Shown in pieces: positions 19,801 to 28,308 of a stretch of DNA of 64,000 nucleotides. Origin of the DNA: an uncultured Gemmatimonadales bacterium (GTDB lineage: Bacteria; Gemmatimonadota; Gemmatimonadetes; Gemmatimonadales; Gemmatimonadaceae); assembly GCA_963793305.1 (NCBI GenBank), contig CAWBZV010000005.1, positions 1-64,000 on the forward strand, given 5' to 3'. The notes below the pieces were generated by a model. That model was not told where the DNA came from and searched no databases. It saw nothing but the letters and a program-made list of their open reading frames with translations. The translations under genes and the position numbers were made by a program. Position 1 is the stretch's first letter. Every line of letters starts with the position of its first letter.

Positions 19801-19815
19801 GACGCTGGAGGGGGC

Positions 19816-22608
19816 ATGCGTTACCGGATTCCGGTAGTCGCGCTGGCCGCCGTCGCCTTTTTCGGTTACGGCTGTGTGCAGGGTAAAGTGCTCGACGACC
19901 CTGCCAATGCTAGAACTACTCAAGACACCAGCACGACGATCAGTCTGCTGACCATATCGCCCACGTCCATCAGTGGAACCGTGGGTCAGAGCAAGCAGCT
20001 GACTGCCACCGCGACCAATCAGAGCGGCCAGCCGATCACCGGCGCGACGTTCACTTGGGCCTCGTCCAATACGCAAGTCGCGAGCGTCGATACCTCAGGA
20101 AACGTCACGCTCGTCGGCGCGGGCAGCGCGAATATCAGCGCGTCCTCCGGCGGGCTCACGACTTCTGTACCAGCCACAGCGACCGCGGCCACGATCCACG
20201 TCGCGACCGTCAGTGTCAACCCATCGACCGTCACGCTCAACCCCGGAAACACGGTGCAGTTGACTGCCGTGGCGATGGATTCCCTCGGCAACGTGCTCGC
20301 CAATCAGACGGTGACGTGGTCGTCGTCCAACACGGGCGTCGCGACGGTGTCAGCCACCGGCTTGCTGTCGGCGGTAACGGTCGGCTCGGGCGTCATCTCG
20401 GCGACGGCTGGTGGGAAGAGTGGGTTCGCGAACGTCGCTGTCGTCGCCGCTTCTCCGGCGTCAGTCGCATCGGTGACGGTGTCGCCCGCAACTGCGAGCA
20501 TCACCGCCGGTAAGACGGTGCAGCTCACGGCCACGCTGAAAGATTCGGTCGGCAACATCCTCGGTGGTCGTGCCGTGACGTGGAGCTCCAGTAACCCGAC
20601 GGTCGCGACGGTTTCGTCGAACGGCGTGGTGACTGGTGTCGCCGCCGGCGCCGCGACGATCTCGGCCGCGAGCGGTGGCCAACAGGGCTCAAGCCAGATC
20701 ACCGTCACTGCGGTTGTCGTGGGCTCAGTCTCGGTGTCACCGGGGTGGGCCAACCTGAGTGCTCGCCAGACGCTTCAGCTGACAGCAACAGCGCTCGACG
20801 GGAGCGGTAACCCGATGGGCGGTGTGACGATCAGCTGGCTCTCGAACGCCCCGTCCCTCGCCTCCGTCTCGTCGTCCGGCCTCGTCACGGTCTTGAGCAC
20901 CACCGGTACCGGCAGCGTGCAAATCTACGCGAGCGCCGGCGGGCAGACGGGCCACTCGACCATCACCTTCATTGCGGCGCCGGTCGCGACGGTCACGCTG
21001 TCGCCGACGACCGTCACACTGAATTCCGGTCAGACCTCGCAGCTCACCGCGACGGCGAAAGACCAGTATGGCGACGTGATCACCACCGACGCTGCCACCT
21101 GGAGCAGCTCGAAAACCAGCGTCGCGACGGTCTCGTCGAGCGGTCTCGTGACGGCGGTTGGCTCAGGATCAGCGACGATCACGGTCACGATTGGCGGTGT
21201 GCAGGCGACCGCCAGCGTCACCGTCGCACAAGCGGCTGTCGCGTCGGTGACAGTTTCTCCGACTTCGCTGTCGCTCACCGCGGGACAGAGCTCTGGCCTC
21301 ACCGCGACCGCCAAGGATGGCAGCGGGAACGTGCTCACTGGTTACCCGGCGACGTGGACGAGCTCGAACACGAGCGCGGCCACGGTGTCGACCTCGGGGG
21401 TCGTGACTGGTGTCGCGGCCGGTACGGCGACCATCACGGTCACGATCGGGGGCAAGAGCGCAACTGCGTCCGTCACGGTCACGGCGTCCACGCAGACTGT
21501 CAGTACCGTCAGCGTGTCTCCGGCGACGTCGAGCATTCAGGTTGGCAATCAGGTGCAGTTGACCGCGACCGACAAAACGTCGAGCGGTGGAGTGGTCACG
21601 GGGCAGAGTGTCTCGTGGTCCTCATCGAATACCGCCGCCGCAACCGTGTCGTCGAGCGGTCTCATTACCGCGGTCGCGGGCGGCTCGGCGACGATCACCG
21701 CGACGAGCGATGGCGTACAAGGCACCTCGTCCGTGACGGTGACGGCTGCCGGCAGCGGGCCGTATCACGAGCCGGCCGGCATGACGATGCAGATCAACAC
21801 GGGCTCCATGACGACGGCGCCCGCGAACAATGGCACCGTCTCGCAGTGGACCGAAGGAACGGCGACGTTCACGAACTTCTCGCCGGTCTCGCCGATCGCG
21901 GTAGGCTCGCTGTTCGCTGATGCCGCGGCCAACATCACGGCGGTGCCGGGTGAGCCTGGGCTCCGGGTGAACTACCCGACGGACCTCGCTGGCGGCTATT
22001 CACCCGTCCGCTGGGGAACGCCGATTGCCGGCGTGGGCACGGGACATCTCTACATCCGGTTCAAGATCCGCCTCTCTCCGAACTGGACGTTGAGCCAAGC
22101 GCTCGGCATCAAGGTCATGGAACCACGGACGTCGAGCGGTGTCGAGAATCACGTGATCTCGCTCACGGCCGCCGATGGAGCGAAAACCGGATCCGACATG
22201 TGGGTGCAGTTCCTGCTCCAGGGTGGCAGCGGTGTCGATCTGCCGGGCGCACCGCAGGGATTCACCGCGCCGCGCGCGGACTACCTCTCGAGCCTGGCGA
22301 ACCTCGGCGGCTCGGCGTTGGGCTCGTGGCACACGGTCGAGGTGTACTGCATGCCCGAGTCACCGGCCGGAGCACGGAACGGTAATCTCACGTGGTGGGT
22401 CGATGGCACGATGGTGTGGACCTCGGTCGGCGTGACGCCGGGTACCGGCGGTCTGCCAAGCGCCGGCATCGCGTACTGGTCAGCCGGCGAGACACAAGGA
22501 TGGAACTACTTGCTGTTCGATCCGACATACGGTGGTGACTCGGACACCGACCATCCGCCGTATCTGATCTACTGGGATCTGGATCAGCTCTACGTGAGCA
22601 CGAAGTAA
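19816..22608 (+). CDS. Surface lipoprotein with 7 Big_2 (Ig-like) repeats and a C-terminal polysaccharide-lyase-like beta-sandwich domain
   Basis: Lipobox FGYG-C; seven repeats of V.VSP....L..G.T.QLTATA.D..G......TWSSS...VATVS..G.VT.V..G.ATI; C-terminal ~280 aa with LRV.YP, LYIRF, WHTVE...NG.LTWWVDG, FDPTYGG, DQLYVS. Confidence 0.85.
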   Translation: MRYRIPVVALAAVAFFGYGCVQGKVLDDPANARTTQDTSTTISLLTISPTSISGTVGQSKQLTATATNQSGQPITGATFTWASSNTQVASVDTSGNVTLVGAGSANISASSGGLTTSVPATATAATIHVATVSVNPSTVTLNPGNTVQLTAVAMDSLGNVLANQTVTWSSSNTGVATVSATGLLSAVTVGSGVISATAGGKSGFANVAVVAASPASVASVTVSPATASITAGKTVQLTATLKDSVGNILGGRAVTWSSSNPTVATVSSNGVVTGVAAGAATISAASGGQQGSSQITVTAVVVGSVSVSPGWANLSARQTLQLTATALDGSGNPMGGVTISWLSNAPSLASVSSSGLVTVLSTTGTGSVQIYASAGGQTGHSTITFIAAPVATVTLSPTTVTLNSGQTSQLTATAKDQYGDVITTDAATWSSSKTSVATVSSSGLVTAVGSGSATITVTIGGVQATASVTVAQAAVASVTVSPTSLSLTAGQSSGLTATAKDGSGNVLTGYPATWTSSNTSAATVSTSGVVTGVAAGTATITVTIGGKSATASVTVTASTQTVSTVSVSPATSSIQVGNQVQLTATDKTSSGGVVTGQSVSWSSSNTAAATVSSSGLITAVAGGSATITATSDGVQGTSSVTVTAAGSGPYHEPAGMTMQINTGSMTTAPANNGTVSQWTEGTATFTNFSPVSPIAVGSLFADAAANITAVPGEPGLRVNYPTDLAGGYSPVRWGTPIAGVGTGHLYIRFKIRLSPNWTLSQALGIKVMEPRTSSGVENHVISLTAADGAKTGSDMWVQFLLQGGSGVDLPGAPQGFTAPRADYLSSLANLGGSALGSWHTVEVYCMPESPAGARNGNLTWWVDGTMVWTSVGVTPGTGGLPSAGIAYWSAGETQGWNYLLFDPTYGGDSDTDHPPYLIYWDLDQLYVSTK
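19936..21750 (+). repeat. Seven tandem Big_2 domain-coding repeats (~255 bp unit)
   Basis: Repeated protein motif visible in the translation. Confidence 0.85.
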
Positions 22609-22628
22609 TAATCGATCGGCTGGTCACG

Positions 22629-22666
22629 ACCCGGGTCGCGCGCACGCGCGGCCCGGGTTTCTTTTC
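22629..22666 (+). terminator. Rho-independent terminator
   Basis: ACCCGGGTCGCGC-GCAC-GCGCGGCCCGGGT stem-loop followed by TTCTTTT. Confidence 0.85.
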
Positions 22667-22764
22667 AATAAAGATTCGCGTGACGGCCTTGCATCGTGAT
22701 GTCTCGTCGCTCATCGTACACGCACAATCGTAGTCGCGCAGGCTGAGGCCGTTGGCCTGAAGCC

Positions 22765-22865
22765 CGCGATAACGGCAAACCCGTCGAAAGGCGGGGACGC
22801 AAAGCTCTGGAGGCTACAGTGCTCGATCTCTGATCGAGCGCCACGCCAGTCCGGCTACCGAACGG
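22765..22865 (+). ncRNA. Cyclic di-GMP-I (GEMM) riboswitch #2
   Basis: GGCAAA-CCCGTC-GAAA-GGCGGG-GACGCAAAGC-TCTGGAGGCTAC...CACGCC-AG-TCCGGCT-ACCG; P3 closely resembles riboswitch #1. Confidence 0.9.
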
Positions 22866-22886
22866 ACAACTTCAGAGGTCACAGCC

Positions 22887-24212
22887 ATGCATCCCATGCA
22901 CGGCGGGGCGGTCGCGCGCATACGACCCCCGCATCCCCGTACTGGTGTTCCCGTGCTCGCCTTTGCCGCCGCTGTTCTGCTTTCGGCCTGTGGCGATTCT
23001 ACGACGGCGCCGAGCGCGACGACCGCCAAGCTGCGCGAAGCGAAAGCATTCGAGGTCAACGGCGTCACCTATCCTACCGTCTCGATCCAGGGGGCCAACG
23101 CGGCGTTGGCGGTCGGCGGTCACGAGACACTCAAAGCACAACTGGCGACACCCACGGCGACGTGGATGGGACAGTACATGACGTGGGCGTCATCGAATTC
23201 CGCCGTCGTGTCGGTGGCCACCCAGAGCTGGGGTGGGACCGGGGGCGACGTCGGCTACCTGACCGGAGTCGCCAATGGAACGGCGACGATCACCGCCACC
23301 ACGCAGAGCGGGACCACCGCCAGCTACGCGATCACGGTTGGGAATAACGCCGAGGTCAGCAGCGGCAACGGGCCATGGCACGAGCCGGCGGGAATGGCGG
23401 CGCAAATCAACACGGGCTCGATGACGACGGCGCCCGCGAACAATGGCAGCGCCACGCAGTGGAAAGAGGGGACCGCGACGTTCTCGAATTTCTCGCCGGT
23501 CTCGCCGATCGCGGTGGGCTCGCTGTTCGCCGATGCCGCGGCGAACATCACGGCGGTTCCGGGTGAGCCCGGGCTGCGGGTGCTATACCCGTCGACACTG
23601 GCCGGCGGCTACTCCCCGGTCCGCTTCGGGACCCCGATCGCGAACCCAGGCACGGGATATCTCTACATCCGTTGGAAGTTCCGCCTGTCGACGAACTGGA
23701 CACTGAGTCAGGCGCTCGGCATCAAGGTGATGGAGCCGCGCACCGGTGGCGAGAACGACGTGGTCAGCTTGACCGCGTCCGACGGGTCAAAGGACGGAGC
23801 GGACATGTGGCCGCAGTTCCTGCTGCAAGGCACGTCCTACGCCGACCTGCCCAGCGCGCCGCAAGGCTACACGGCGTCGCGGTCCACGTACCTCTCGACC
23901 ACCGCGAACGTTGGTGGTTCCGCGCGCGGATCGTGGCACACGATGGAGCTCTACATCCAACCAGAGACATCCGGCGGGCACAACGGACAGTTCACGTGGT
24001 GGGTCGATGGCACGATGGCGTGGACGTCGGTCGGTCACGCGGCGGGGAGCGGTGGCGTTCCATCGAGCGGGATCGCGTACTGGGCGGGCGCCGTGCCATT
24101 GGGATGGAACTACTTGATGTTCGATCCGACGTACGGTGGCGACGCGGCGACCGACCATCCGCCGGATACGATCTACTGGGACATCGACGAGCTCTATGTG
24201 AGTACGAAGTAG
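22887..24212 (+). CDS. Surface lipoprotein with one Big_2-like domain and the same lyase-like C-terminal domain (paralog of 19816..22608)
   Basis: Lipobox LLSA-C; TWASSNSAVVSV...G.ATITAT; C-terminal domain highly similar to the upstream gene; GAGGT RBS. Confidence 0.85.
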   Translation: MHPMHGGAVARIRPPHPRTGVPVLAFAAAVLLSACGDSTTAPSATTAKLREAKAFEVNGVTYPTVSIQGANAALAVGGHETLKAQLATPTATWMGQYMTWASSNSAVVSVATQSWGGTGGDVGYLTGVANGTATITATTQSGTTASYAITVGNNAEVSSGNGPWHEPAGMAAQINTGSMTTAPANNGSATQWKEGTATFSNFSPVSPIAVGSLFADAAANITAVPGEPGLRVLYPSTLAGGYSPVRFGTPIANPGTGYLYIRWKFRLSTNWTLSQALGIKVMEPRTGGENDVVSLTASDGSKDGADMWPQFLLQGTSYADLPSAPQGYTASRSTYLSTTANVGGSARGSWHTMELYIQPETSGGHNGQFTWWVDGTMAWTSVGHAAGSGGVPSSGIAYWAGAVPLGWNYLMFDPTYGGDAATDHPPDTIYWDIDELYVSTK

Positions 24213-24263
24213 CTCACGCCGCGACGTTGACATGAGAACCCGGGCGGGCTTAGCCTCCTGCCA

Positions 24264-24875
24264 ATGGAGCTCGCCCGGGCGATCAACATAGGTACACGCG
24301 CCCTGCGCGATCCACGCCGGGCCTGGTCGGCCGGGATCGCGTCACTGCGCGGCTGGTGGTACAAGATCAGTCTCCCGGCACGCGGCATCCGCTTCTCGGC
24401 GGGCAAGCAGTTTCGCGTCGCGGGTCGTCTGATCGTTCGCGGCCCCGGCGAAGTGCGATTCGGCGACCGCGTGCGCGTGAATATGACGGTCACGCCATGG
24501 ACGCACGCGCGAGACGCGCGAATCGAAGTCGGCGACGATACGTTCCTCAACGGTACGCGCTTCGGTTGCGCCGAGTCGATTCGCGTCGGCCGGCGCTGCA
24601 TCCTCGCCGATGCGTCCATTCTCGACACGAACTTTCACAGCACGCGCGCCGATCGACACGATCCGGCGGCGCCCGTCCGCGTCGCGCCGGTGGTGCTCGC
24701 CGACAATGTCTGGGTCGCGGCGTCCGCCGGGATCCTCCCCGGAACACACGTCGGCGAGAACTCGGTCGTGAGCTTCGGCGCCGTCGTGAGTGGCACCTTC
24801 CCCGCGGATGTGATCATCGCGGGGAATCCGGCCAGCATCCTCCGGCCCATTCCCTCGGTGACGGACGCTCAGTGA
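24264..24875 (+). CDS. Hexapeptide-repeat (LbH) O-acetyltransferase
   Basis: ILDTNFH...PVVLADNVWVAASAGILPG..VGENSVV.FGAVV...AGNPA. Confidence 0.9.
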   Translation: MELARAINIGTRALRDPRRAWSAGIASLRGWWYKISLPARGIRFSAGKQFRVAGRLIVRGPGEVRFGDRVRVNMTVTPWTHARDARIEVGDDTFLNGTRFGCAESIRVGRRCILADASILDTNFHSTRADRHDPAAPVRVAPVVLADNVWVAASAGILPGTHVGENSVVSFGAVVSGTFPADVIIAGNPASILRPIPSVTDAQ

Positions 24876-26077
24876 CCCCGCCGCGGGGGGAGCTGCTCGT
24901 CCTGTCTCACCGCGTGCCCTATCCACCACACAACGGGGCGGCGCTCCGCACGTACAACATGCTGCGCCTGCTCGCGCGTGACTTCAATATCACGGGCCTC
25001 TGCTTCGACCGACAGGATGCGGCAACCGCGCGCTTGGGACTCGAGGCCCGTCGCGACGGGCTGCGCCCGTTCGGTCGGTTCGAGGCCTACCCGATTCCGC
25101 AGGAGGCGTCGCGGGCGCGGTTCGCGTGGGACCACGCACGGAGCGTGCTCACGGGACGCCCGTATACGTGGTACGTTCACGACTCCGCCGCCTACCGCGT
25201 GCGCCTCGCCGAGCTACTCGGCTCTCAACGATGGGACGCGGTCCACGTCGATAGCATGGATCTCGTGCGCATGCTCCCGCTCGTGCACCATCTGCCCGTC
25301 ATCGTCACGCACCACAACGTCGAATCCGCGCTCCTCCGGCGCCGCGGTGGCGCCTACCTGCGCCTCCAAGCGAATGCGATCGAGCGCGCGGAGCGATACT
25401 GGCTGCCCCGCGTCACGCTCAACATTGCCGTCTCGCCGGACGACGCGCAGGCGTTTCGTGCGTTGGCGCCGGCGGCTCGCGTGGAGGTCGTGCCGAATGG
25501 CGTCGACACGCAGTACTTTGCGCCGAGCGAGGAGCCGCAATCCGGCTGCGTGTTCGTCGGCGGGACGAGCTGGCACCCGAATCGCGACGCACTCCACTGG
25601 TTCGCCCAGGAGATCGCGCCGCGGCTGCGCACGCGCGGCGTGCCGGCCGACGTCACGTGGGTGGGCCGGGCGACCGACGCCGAACGGCGCGAATTCTCGC
25701 GCGTCGAGGGGCTCACGCTGACCGGATACGTCGACGACATCCGGCCGTACGTGGCGCGCGCGGCCTGCTACATCGCGCCGCTCCGTGTCGGTGGAGGGAC
25801 GCGGCTCAAGCTGCTCGACGCGTGGGCGATGGGCAAAGCCATCGTGTCGACGACGATCGGCGCGGAGGGTCTGGGCGCACGGCACGGCGAGACGATGCTC
25901 CTCGCCGATACCGCCGATGCATTCGCCGACGCGATCGCCAGTGTGTTGCGTGATGAGGTCTTGCGTCGCCGGATCGGCGCGGCCGCGCGGCGCGAGGCCG
26001 AGGAGCGGTTCAGTTGGGATGTGATCGGCGAGACGGTGCGCCGACTTTATGTCGTGGCCGAGGGCAGCGCGGTCTGA
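24872..26077 (+). CDS. Glycosyltransferase family 4
   Basis: SHRVPYPPHNG, HNVES, VPNGVD, GGGTRLKLLDAWAMGKAIVST; GTG start coupled to the upstream TGA. Confidence 0.9.
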   Translation: MTPPRGELLVLSHRVPYPPHNGAALRTYNMLRLLARDFNITGLCFDRQDAATARLGLEARRDGLRPFGRFEAYPIPQEASRARFAWDHARSVLTGRPYTWYVHDSAAYRVRLAELLGSQRWDAVHVDSMDLVRMLPLVHHLPVIVTHHNVESALLRRRGGAYLRLQANAIERAERYWLPRVTLNIAVSPDDAQAFRALAPAARVEVVPNGVDTQYFAPSEEPQSGCVFVGGTSWHPNRDALHWFAQEIAPRLRTRGVPADVTWVGRATDAERREFSRVEGLTLTGYVDDIRPYVARAACYIAPLRVGGGTRLKLLDAWAMGKAIVSTTIGAEGLGARHGETMLLADTADAFADAIASVLRDEVLRRRIGAAARREAEERFSWDVIGETVRRLYVVAEGSAV

Positions 26078-27009
26078 GCGGGCGGCGCGCCGCGCGGGAT
26101 CGTCAGCCGAAGGAACAGCTTCCACCGCCGGAGCCCGCGACCCATCGAGTACCGCGGTAGGAGCTCGTCGGCGCCGACGCCACGGAGCGAGCGATTGGCG
26201 AGTGTCAACGACGCCTCCATTCCGGCCTCCCGCGCCAGCCGGGCGGTCCGCGCATCGTACAGCCCGAACGGGATGGCCAACACCGGTACCGCTGCCCCCG
26301 CGCGCTCTCGGATCGTGCGATACGCGCCGGCCACTTCGCCGACTAGCTCCTCGTCGCCGAGGAGCGGCAGCACGGGGTGCGAAACCGTGTGCACGCCAAT
26401 ATCGACCGGCGCGCTGGCGGCAAAGCGGGCGATCTCGTCCCACGTCATGGCCCGGTGCCGTGTCACCGATGCGTGCTCACGCTCGAGCGCGGCCAACGCG
26501 TCTTCGAGATGCTCCGGCCAGCGACCCCGATGCGTTGCCAGCATCCATTGGCGGAGGGGGCGGAGCGGACCGAACTCCGGCGGTTGCCCCGCGCGGTACG
26601 ATTCCGGCACACCGACTTGGCGTTCGAACGCCCGCCACCGGTCGGGGGTGACGCGCGGGAAGACGTTGTCGACGCGATCCCACCAGAAGCGCGCGCCGCG
26701 CTCCGTCGCCGTGGTCGTCACGAATATCGTGATGGGAACGCCGGTCCGCGCGAGATACGCGCCAATCGCCGTCGGAAGAGCAGCGTACGCATCATCGAAC
26801 GTCAACGCGGCGAGACCCCGCGTCGCTCGTCCGGCGCGATGTCGCGCGACCAGCTCGCGCAACGGCACGATCTCGGCGACGCGGCGGACCACGTCGACCG
26901 CGGCCGTGAGCTCGTTGTCGCTCACGTGCATCCCGCTCGCCGACGGCAGGTCGGCGTTCGTCACGCTGTGATAGCAGAGAATCGAAGCCGGTGGCGCGAC
27001 GAGCCGCAC
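26047..27009 (-). CDS. Polysaccharide deacetylase (NodB-like)
   Basis: ILCYHSV, LTFDDAY, IGVHTVSHP motifs. Confidence 0.85.
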   Translation of the reverse strand: MRLVAPPASILCYHSVTNADLPSASGMHVSDNELTAAVDVVRRVAEIVPLRELVARHRAGRATRGLAALTFDDAYAALPTAIGAYLARTGVPITIFVTTTATERGARFWWDRVDNVFPRVTPDRWRAFERQVGVPESYRAGQPPEFGPLRPLRQWMLATHRGRWPEHLEDALAALEREHASVTRHRAMTWDEIARFAASAPVDIGVHTVSHPVLPLLGDEELVGEVAGAYRTIRERAGAAVPVLAIPFGLYDARTARLAREAGMEASLTLANRSLRGVGADELLPRYSMGRGLRRWKLFLRLTIPRGAPPAQTALPSATT

Positions 27010-27010
27010 G

Positions 27011-28162
27011 TCAGCCGCGCCGTTGCATCACGTCGAGCATCCGCCCAACCGCGGCCTGCCAGCTGAAGAGCTGCCGCGCCCGACGGCGGCCCGCATCGCC
27101 CATGCGAGCGCCGCGCTCCGGATCTCCGAGGAGCGCGAGCAACCGCTCGGCCAGCATCGGCGCATCGTTCACGGGGACGAGAAAGCCGGTCTCCCCGTCG
27201 ACGATCATTTCCGGGACGGCGCCCGTGTCGGTCCCGATGCACGGCAGCCCGAAATACATCGCCTCGAGATACGAGATGCCGAACGGCTCGTAGCGTGTCG
27301 GCAGGCAGTACACCGCGGCCCGCGCGTATGCGTCGAGCAGCGTGCGGCGCGCCGCCGGATCATCCTGCCGCAAGTGCCCCAGCAGCTCGACGCCATCGTC
27401 GTTGGTGACGACTTCGCGTGGCCCAACGATGACGAGGCGCGCGTCCGGCATGGTGCGTCGCACGACGCGGAACGCTTCCAACAAGGTGTCTCCACCCTTG
27501 CGCTGAAATTGCGTGCCGACGAACAAAATCGTGCGGCTCGCCGGCGGCCGCCGGTCGGCGGGCAGCTCCCGTGGATCGAAATTCGGCCCGGCGTGCACGG
27601 CGTGCACCCGCTCCGGCGGCAGGTGGAAATCGTCGACGAACGACTGACGCAGACGGTCGCTGATCGTGAAGATGCCGCTCGCATCCCGGTACACGTCCTC
27701 TTCCCGGTCGATGACCTCGCGCAACTCGTGGGGGTTGATCGCCACGGCCTGCGAGAAACCCGAGGCGATGCCGCGCTCCGCCATGCGGATGTTCGAGTCA
27801 CAATAGAGATAGTACGGCACCGTGCCGTGACCGTCGGGCCGGAACGTGGCGCCGATCTGCAAGATCGCATCGACGGAATTCCGGGCCGCTGTGATCGCTC
27901 TCCGTGCCGCCGCCGTTCTCAGTGCGGACGGTCGTTTGCCAAGACGGAACCGCACGCTCCAGCGTCGCCGATTCGGCGCCCAGCTGGCGAGCGCACCGAG
28001 CCAACGCGCCGGCCCATAGAGCTCCGCATCCGCCGTCCGGACCTCGACGCCGCGCTCGCGCATCGTCACCAGAATGCTGTGCGTGATGCCGGAGAAGGAC
28101 TCGGCGGGATTCTCGGCGTCACCTTCGCACACCAGCAGTACACGAAAGGGGGCGGACGGCAT
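27011..28162 (-). CDS. Glycosyltransferase family 4
   Basis: FVGTQFQRKGG, YEPFGISYLEAM.GLPCI motifs. Confidence 0.9.
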   Translation of the reverse strand: MPSAPFRVLLVCEGDAENPAESFSGITHSILVTMRERGVEVRTADAELYGPARWLGALASWAPNRRRWSVRFRLGKRPSALRTAAARRAITAARNSVDAILQIGATFRPDGHGTVPYYLYCDSNIRMAERGIASGFSQAVAINPHELREVIDREEDVYRDASGIFTISDRLRQSFVDDFHLPPERVHAVHAGPNFDPRELPADRRPPASRTILFVGTQFQRKGGDTLLEAFRVVRRTMPDARLVIVGPREVVTNDDGVELLGHLRQDDPAARRTLLDAYARAAVYCLPTRYEPFGISYLEAMYFGLPCIGTDTGAVPEMIVDGETGFLVPVNDAPMLAERLLALLGDPERGARMGDAGRRRARQLFSWQAAVGRMLDVMQRRG

Positions 28163-28308
28163 TGGCTAGAAGAGTATCGGCGCCATCACCTTTCCGCCCC
28201 GCTGCGACATGGCTGTTGCGTGTGCGCAACAGTCGGGCAATTTCGGTGAGCTTGAGCCGTTACTACCGGGTGGGAGGCAGGCAACTTCTTTGCATTATCT
28301 TCCCAGTT

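Noticed and set aside
19936..21750. Tandem repeats as a CRISPR array or DGR target
   Set aside because: Repeats are ~255 bp, in frame, diverged at the DNA level and encode Big_2 domains; no spacers, cas genes or reverse transcriptase are present.
22753..22767. GG-N10-GC box before riboswitch #2
   Set aside because: The implied transcription start would fall inside the aptamer.
21757..24212. Duplicated C-terminal domain as a template/variable repeat pair of a diversity-generating retroelement
   Set aside because: Differences are not adenine-specific, both copies are full coding domains, and no RT or Avd gene is in the window.
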